Shown here: positions 58,473 through 64,000 of the stretch, piece by piece
How positions within the stretch are numbered: position 1 is the first letter of the stretch
How the letters are laid out: every line of letters starts with the position of its first letter
Assembly: GCA_963518965.1 (NCBI GenBank)
Contig: CAUQMF010000001.1
Location: forward strand, 1,141 to 65,140
Reading direction: 5' to 3'
Origin: an uncultured Campylobacter sp.
GTDB taxonomy: Bacteria > Campylobacterota > Campylobacteria > Campylobacterales > Campylobacteraceae
Length of the DNA: 64,000 nt
Position numbers and translations under genes: made by a program
Notes under the pieces: model-generated
The model's input: the letters and a program-made list of their open reading frames with translations, nothing else
What the model was told of the DNA's origin: nothing
Database searches by the model: none

Positions 58473-60293
58473 TTAAATTTTCGCTAAAATTTGACCGTTT
58501 GCTACGGTTTGTCCCTGCTGTACCTCGATAGAGGTCACGAGCCCGTCTTTTGGGGCGTTTACGTCTATTTCCATCTTCATGGCCTCTAGCACGAACATCC
58601 TTTGTCCCTTTTTCACGCTATCGCCCACTGCGACCAGGATTTTAAACACGTTTCCGGGAAGCGTGCTTTTCACCGGCTCGCCGCTACCGCCGGTCGTTTT
58701 GGCCGGAGAGAGTTCAGGAGGCGGCATGTGCGCTACGCTTGCGGGTTTTACGCTTTTTATCTCGGCTTTGCCCTCAGCGTCCGCGACCTCGACGTCAAAT
58801 TTCTTGCCGTTTACGGTGACGCTATATTTTTCGTTTATCGGAGTTTTCGCGCGAGGGGTCGGCGCGCTAGTTTCACACGCATTTGCGGATTTTTTTCGGA
58901 TATTTACTTTGCCTTCGCCTTTTAAAAACGCGATGCCTTTTTCCTTGCACGCCGCAGCGATAAAGATATTTTCCTCGCTAGGCTCGATACCCTCTTTTTT
59001 AAGTAGCTCGCGCGTAAATTTAAGCGACTTGCTCTCGTCTTTGTCCGCGATATCCATGGCGTGTTCTTTAGTCGGTTTTAAGCTTAACTGCTCGCTAGCT
59101 AGCTTAACCACGCTCTTATCTGGCTCTACGGGCGTCTTGCCGAAGTAGCCTAGCACCATTTTACCGTAACCCTCGGCGATCTTTTTCCACGGGCCAAACA
59201 TTACGTTATTAAACGCCTGCTGGAAATAAAACTGACTCACAGGCGTCACGCTCGTGCCGTAGCCGCCCTTTTGCACGACTTCGCGCATAGCAAGGATAAC
59301 TTCTGGAAATTTATCCAAGATATTATTATCGCGCATCATTTGGGTATTTGCCGTTAGCGCGCCGCCTGGCATCGGGCTAAACGGTATGAGCGGGCTAACC
59401 TGCACAGCCTCTGGCGGCAAGAAATAATCCTTCAAACACTCATTTAGTACGCTTTCGTATTTTAAGATTTTCTCCACGTCAAGCCCGCCCAGATCGTAGT
59501 TTTTGCCCTTAACGGCATGCAGCATCGTTAGGATATCTGGCTGACTGGTACCGCCGCTAACCGGGCTTGCGGCTAGATCGATGCCGTCTGCGCCGGCTTC
59601 TAGAGCAGCCATATAGCACGCGACGCTAACGCCTGCGGTTTCGTGAGTGTGGAGTCTGATGTGGGTATTTTGCGGGAGGAGTTTGCGAGCCATTTTGATG
59701 GTCTCATATACTTTTTGCGGGCTAGAGGTGCCGCTGGCGTCTTTGAAACAAACGCTGTGATACGGGATGCCCGCGTCTAAAATTTCGCGCAAAATCCGCT
59801 CGTAAAACGCCACGTCGTGCGCGCCCGAACAGCCCGCAGGCAGATCCATCATCGTGACGACCACTTCGTGCTTTAAGCCGTGATGAGCGATACGCTCGCC
59901 GGAAAATTTTAAATTTTCCACGTCGTTTAGCGCGTCGAAGTTTCGTATCGTGGTCGTGCCGTGCTTTTTAAAGAGCTTCGCGTGCAGATCGACTAGCTCG
60001 CGGCTGCCCGTATCTAGCGTCACGGTATTTACGCCGCGGCTTAGAGTTTGCAGGTTTGCCTCGGGCCCGACGGTTTCGCGAAATTTATCCATCATCGCAA
60101 ACGCGTCTTCGTTTAGGTAAAAATAAAGGCTCTGAAACCGCGCCCCGCCGCCAAACTCAAAGTGCGTTATACCAGCCTCTTTAGCCGCGCTAACCGCGGG
60201 CAGAAAATCAGCCATCGCCACGCGCGCGCCGAAAACCGACTGAAAGCCGTCTCTAAAGGTAGTATCCATAACGTCTATAAATTTTTTCGCCAT
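58473..60293 (-). CDS. pycB: pyruvate carboxylase subunit B (carboxyltransferase plus biotinyl domain; OadA-like)
   Basis: N-terminal TIM carboxyltransferase DTTFRDGFQS and C-terminal biotinylation motif EAMKME. 606 aa. Confidence 0.93.
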   Translation of the reverse strand: MAKKFIDVMDTTFRDGFQSVFGARVAMADFLPAVSAAKEAGITHFEFGGGARFQSLYFYLNEDAFAMMDKFRETVGPEANLQTLSRGVNTVTLDTGSRELVDLHAKLFKKHGTTTIRNFDALNDVENLKFSGERIAHHGLKHEVVVTMMDLPAGCSGAHDVAFYERILREILDAGIPYHSVCFKDASGTSSPQKVYETIKMARKLLPQNTHIRLHTHETAGVSVACYMAALEAGADGIDLAASPVSGGTSQPDILTMLHAVKGKNYDLGGLDVEKILKYESVLNECLKDYFLPPEAVQVSPLIPFSPMPGGALTANTQMMRDNNILDKFPEVILAMREVVQKGGYGTSVTPVSQFYFQQAFNNVMFGPWKKIAEGYGKMVLGYFGKTPVEPDKSVVKLASEQLSLKPTKEHAMDIADKDESKSLKFTRELLKKEGIEPSEENIFIAAACKEKGIAFLKGEGKVNIRKKSANACETSAPTPRAKTPINEKYSVTVNGKKFDVEVADAEGKAEIKSVKPASVAHMPPPELSPAKTTGGSGEPVKSTLPGNVFKILVAVGDSVKKGQRMFVLEAMKMEIDVNAPKDGLVTSIEVQQGQTVANGQILAKI

Positions 60294-60401
60294 TTTGCCG
60301 CCTTATAAAATTTCAAAATCGTGCTAATTTTACCTTGTTTTAGATTAAGTGGATATAATAAATCAAAGCATTATCACAAAAATGTTTAGCAAGGGGAGTA
60401 A

Positions 60402-61403
60402 ATGCAAGAGCGCACGCTAGAAGAGCTTTATAAAAAGCTAAAAGAATTTGATAGGCTGATGGATAAAGAGGAGTATCTACTTGACGAGATAAGAGACGCC
60501 GTAGAGTCGCAGGATTTGGCGTTTGCCGCGCAAATTTGCGACTTTGTGCTAAACGACGAATTTGAAAAATTCGGCGCGTTTTTAAGAACAAAAGCACTAA
60601 TGTGGCTCACGGGCTACATCGCGCAAAATTTAAAAGAAAGCGAATACCCGAATTTTAACGACTTTACGGACTGCCTGTGGAAATTTAAATGGATCGTCTC
60701 GGGCATCGCCAAAAGCTCCGTGATCGAAAAAAAGCTCATAGATAAGGTGAACGATGCGATGCTGTTTTACTACGAGCGCATGGAGCTCTCGCTGGCTGCG
60801 TACTACAAGGCCTTGATGAATCAAAACATTGACATGGGCGATACTAGAGAGGCGAAGGCAAACTATGAGCTGTGGAAAAAGCTCGCCAAGGACGATATGG
60901 GTGATTGCGAGGCGTGCGAAGCAAGCGATGAGATCGCGTATTTAAATTTTGCAGGCGAGCACGAAGCGGCGCTAAGCCTAGCCGCGCCGATACTATCAGG
61001 CGAGCTAACCTGTGCCGAAGTACCTCACGCGACCTACGCGCCGATACTTTTTAGCATGATTAAAACAGGCAAGATCGAAGAGGCAAAAGCCCTTTTACCA
61101 AAGGCCGCGGCGACGATCGAGTCAAATCCTCGCGTCATAAACGAGATCGCGCCGCTAATCGAGATCGCCGTTAGGCTGGGCGAGCGCGAGACGGCGCTAA
61201 ATTTAGCGCGCAAGCACTCCGCGGCGATCTTAGATGGCAACGACGATCTAAACGACCTGCGATTTTTCATCGCAGTTAGCTCGTTTGGCGACGAGAACGA
61301 CTACAAAACGGCTCTGGAGCTGGCGGGCAAATTTGACGCTAGAAACGGCAACACATACTACTCGGACTACCTGAACGAATTTTACGCGGAGTTTGGTTTT
61401 TAG
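60402..61403 (+). CDS. hypothetical all-helical (TPR-like) cytoplasmic protein
   Basis: 333-aa ORF with no TM or signal peptide. Helical repeat-like composition. No motif recognised. Confidence 0.55.
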   Translation: MQERTLEELYKKLKEFDRLMDKEEYLLDEIRDAVESQDLAFAAQICDFVLNDEFEKFGAFLRTKALMWLTGYIAQNLKESEYPNFNDFTDCLWKFKWIVSGIAKSSVIEKKLIDKVNDAMLFYYERMELSLAAYYKALMNQNIDMGDTREAKANYELWKKLAKDDMGDCEACEASDEIAYLNFAGEHEAALSLAAPILSGELTCAEVPHATYAPILFSMIKTGKIEEAKALLPKAAATIESNPRVINEIAPLIEIAVRLGERETALNLARKHSAAILDGNDDLNDLRFFIAVSSFGDENDYKTALELAGKFDARNGNTYYSDYLNEFYAEFGF

Positions 61404-61567
61404 CTGTTGCGGATTAAATTTTATGGATAAATTCGGAGTTAAATTTATAAAATTTGACGCACTGAGACCAGCATCTTTAAGGTGCTAAATTTGGTTTTGT
61501 CAAATTTGGCGTCGCACTCTTAAATTTTTTAAACAAACATGATTGCTTGAAGTCGTCTTGCTTCTTT

Positions 61568-61617
61568 GTTAAGGGGGAAGGGGCTTGAATTACGAAGTCG
61601 CTCCCTTCCCCCTTAAC
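61568..61617. repeat. perfect 15-bp G/C-rich inverted repeat (hairpin)
   Basis: GTTAAGGGGGAAGGG (61568-61582) pairs with CCCTTCCCCCTTAAC (61603-61617), with a 20-nt loop. Lies in a 554-nt ORF-free region. Confidence 0.75.
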
Positions 61618-61957
61618 GATCCCCTATCCCCTACGACGTGAGAAGTTGCTGCGCTATGCGCAGATTTATATTTGACGCTATCGCGTCGCAGGTTTAAATT
61701 CACATTTTCAGGGTGCGGGTCTCGGCGGCTCAAATTTACAAATTTAACCAAATTTGAGCGTAAAGCGATAAGGCGAAGTATCTTGCGATGAATTTAAATG
61801 TTTTGCTTCCCTTGCGGTCGCAACTGCAAGCAGAAGCGACGAAATTTCCAACCGAAGATAGAACATGTAGTTCATCGAGGGAGGAAATTTTTAGCTCATT
61901 TAAAGGCGCGCAAGAGACGAGCCCTTACAAAGCAAATTTAAGCTAGACTTTGTGCCA

Positions 61958-63397
61958 TTATTTCCCAGGCCTAGTAAGCTCATAGGCGAAATTTATCTCC
62001 TTGCTCTCGTTTGGCTTAAGCGCGAATTTCCACGTCACCTTGCCCTCTTTATCCAGTTCGCTCTCTTTGGGGTCATTTTTCATGTTTACGCTTACGCTCT
62101 CGTGCGCGCTAACTGGCGCTCGCTCCTGCAAGATCACGTCCCACGCGAGTTTAGAGCCGTTTTTTACGGTAAATTTATAGCCCTGCGAGATTTTATTTTT
62201 CGAGCCGAAAAACGACTCTTTCGTAAATTCGCCGTTATTTTCCTTTTTTACGGACACAAGCTCGTTTTTACCGAAAAACTCCTCGGCCTCCTCGCCTGCA
62301 GCGTAGCCTACGTATCTTTTGCCGATATTTACGTCGCCGATTTTAAACTCCGCGTCCGAGCTCTCTACGCTTCGTTCGGGCTTAAATTTAGCTCTAACGT
62401 ATGTGTTTGCTCCGCCGTATCCGTCTATAACTAGGTCAAATTTCGCGTCGAGGCTTTGCTTGTCGTAGCTAAAGCTCTTTTCCTCGCCCGCTTTTAGACT
62501 TACGTTATCGATGCGCCAAGTATTTGCAAGCTCGTTTTGGACGTTGCTAGCCTCCGTCTCTTTAGCGTAATTACGGGATACTTGCTCTGCCTTTTTCATC
62601 GGCGCGACTGCGGCTCTATCGTAGGCCTCCATCGCTACCGGAGCCGCGGCTAGCAGGGGCTCTGCCTTGCCCTCGTACCACGGATAAAAAGGCTCAGGCG
62701 TCAAATTTGACGAGTAGTAAAATGGATAAAGCGCGATCGTGAGATTTGATAAATCCGTATCGAGAGGATTTTTTAGGGTCAAATTTTGCGAGATTTCGAC
62801 CTTGCCTTTTTCGACATGGGCGGAAATTTTATTTTTTAAATTTACGCTAACGCCCACGGGATAGGAGATTTTGACCTGTTTTGGATCGCATTCGAATTTA
62901 AGGTCAAGCTTTTGAAAATTTACGACCTCTCTTTCTAGTTCTTGCATTTTTAGATTCGCGTCGTTAAGCAGCTTTTTAGCCTGCGAGGCTTCGGCTAGCG
63001 CTTTTAGCGTTATATCGTAAAATTTATCCGCATCGGCGCTCAAATTCTCGACGCTTTGCTCTTTGAAAGCCGAGAAATTATTTAAAAATTTATTTTTCGC
63101 GTTTAGCGCGCCTACCTTATTTCCCAGCTCCTCAAACTCGTTTTGAGCTTTTTTAAATTTATCATATCTTTCGTCTTCTAACGGTTTTGGTTCGTTTAAA
63201 TTTAGGCTGATTAGCTCGCAAGACGCGCTCACGTCGATATCCTCAAGCGCTACGAACTCGGGCAAATTTAGGCTAAATTCGCTTTTTTGATCGACGAAGC
63301 TTTGATGGATGAAGGACTTGTTTTTGTAGATTTCCAGTAGATTGCTCTGCGCGCTAGCCAGCGCGGCAAGCGTCGAGATCAGGGCTATTTTTTTCAT
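61958..63397 (-). CDS. secreted protein with central coiled coil (possibly DUF4139-like)
   Basis: Signal peptide MKKIALISTLAALASA, coiled-coil segment (KFKKAQNEFEELGNKVGALNAKNK...LKMQELEREV), beta-rich C-terminal half. The family assignment is tentative. Confidence 0.55.
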   Translation of the reverse strand: MKKIALISTLAALASAQSNLLEIYKNKSFIHQSFVDQKSEFSLNLPEFVALEDIDVSASCELISLNLNEPKPLEDERYDKFKKAQNEFEELGNKVGALNAKNKFLNNFSAFKEQSVENLSADADKFYDITLKALAEASQAKKLLNDANLKMQELEREVVNFQKLDLKFECDPKQVKISYPVGVSVNLKNKISAHVEKGKVEISQNLTLKNPLDTDLSNLTIALYPFYYSSNLTPEPFYPWYEGKAEPLLAAAPVAMEAYDRAAVAPMKKAEQVSRNYAKETEASNVQNELANTWRIDNVSLKAGEEKSFSYDKQSLDAKFDLVIDGYGGANTYVRAKFKPERSVESSDAEFKIGDVNIGKRYVGYAAGEEAEEFFGKNELVSVKKENNGEFTKESFFGSKNKISQGYKFTVKNGSKLAWDVILQERAPVSAHESVSVNMKNDPKESELDKEGKVTWKFALKPNESKEINFAYELTRPGK

Positions 63398-63451
63398 TTT
63401 TTTCCTTTGGATAAATTTGAAAGATTATAGCCCAAAACGTTAAATTTAAAT

Positions 63452-64000
63452 CTAGCTCAACAAAATAACGGCAAAAATCGCTAAGACCAAAATTTGCAGT
63501 CCGATAAAAGGCACGACGCCTTTGTAGATATCAGAAGTCTTAATCTCCGCGGGCGCCACGCCTTTTAGATAAAAGAGGCTAAAGCCAAACGGCGGCGTGA
63601 GAAACGAAGTCTGCAAATTCATCGCGATAACGATAGCAAAATATAGCGGATTTATGCCTAAATTTACGGCTATCGGCGCTAAGATCGGTAGCACGATATA
63701 CGAAATCTCGACGAAATCTATAAAAAATCCGAGCGCAAAAATCGTAATCATAGATAAGACGATAAAGCCCCATTTTTCGCCAGGCAAACTAGACATCACT
63801 TCTTCGACGATCTCGTCGCCGCCGGTGTAGCTAAACACCATCGAAAACGCCGTCGCGCCGATAAGGATAGTAAAGACGACGGCCGTGGTTTTTACGCTCT
63901 CTTCGAGCGCTTCTTTTAGCATCTTAAACGAAAAAGTTTTATAAAAAACCGAAAGCAAGATCGCGCCCACGCAGCCAAACGCCGAGCTCTCGGTCGGCGT
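63452..64000 (-). CDS. dctM: TRAP transporter large permease DctM, C-terminal part (truncated by the window edge)
   Basis: The frame stays open to nt 64000 (..TPTESSAFGCVGAILL..). NLQTSFLTPPFGFSLFYLKGVAP is typical of DctM C-termini. Confidence 0.85.
   Translation of the reverse strand, partial: TPTESSAFGCVGAILLSVFYKTFSFKMLKEALEESVKTTAVVFTILIGATAFSMVFSYTGGDEIVEEVMSSLPGEKWGFIVLSMITIFALGFFIDFVEISYIVLPILAPIAVNLGINPLYFAIVIAMNLQTSFLTPPFGFSLFYLKGVAPAEIKTSDIYKGVVPFIGLQILVLAIFAVILLS

Noticed and set aside
58579-59148. 189-aa and 107-aa + strand ORFs
   Set aside because: They are antisense to pycB, whose biotinyl and carboxyltransferase motifs fix the true frame.

Overview
By gene content and synteny this 64-kb window is chromosomal DNA from a Campylobacter that is not C. 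jejuni (inference; no search was possible). There are four blocks. (1) 1-9.4 kb is housekeeping: der-aroK-trpS-serS plus a PflB-like TPR protein, in the same order as C. jejuni Cj0386-Cj0390. (2) 9.5-17 kb carries leuA, pssA, psd, ftsH, prmA, cheY (order of Cj1114c-Cj1118c), then hisA and hisH. (3) 17-54.8 kb is one large surface-glycan region. It starts with a complete pgl N-linked protein glycosylation locus (pglG-F-E-D-C-A-B plus downstream glycosyltransferases). In that locus a Wzx-type flippase, a GT25 enzyme and uronic-acid nucleotide-sugar genes occupy the place of the ABC flippase pglK. A LOS/LPS-core locus follows (waaC, lpxL, waaF, a WaaL/PglL-type ligase, a polysaccharide deacetylase), with six GT9 heptosyltransferase-family paralogs interleaved with GT4 genes. 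(4) 55.5-64 kb carries a CAP-domain lipoprotein, pckA, pycB, two hypotheticals and a truncated TRAP dctM. I saw no rRNA, tRNA, CRISPR array, transposase or integrase. The most unusual signals: (a) an unannotated 18-codon ORF with five consecutive Leu codons and a strong SD between pssA and leuA, a candidate leucine leader peptide; (b) extreme enrichment of the palindromic hexamer AAATTT, often as GTCAAATTTGAC, above all in intergenic DNA; (c) frame-preserving insertions that look like that AAATTT-rich intergenic DNA inside waaF and another GT9 gene; (d) a PglB about 75 aa longer than the C. jejuni enzyme, with two extra hydrophobic segments; (e) two long ORF-free regions (719 and 554 nt), one holding a perfect 15-bp G/C-rich hairpin. 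Functional calls rest on motifs read from the ORF translations and remembered family features. No database search was run.
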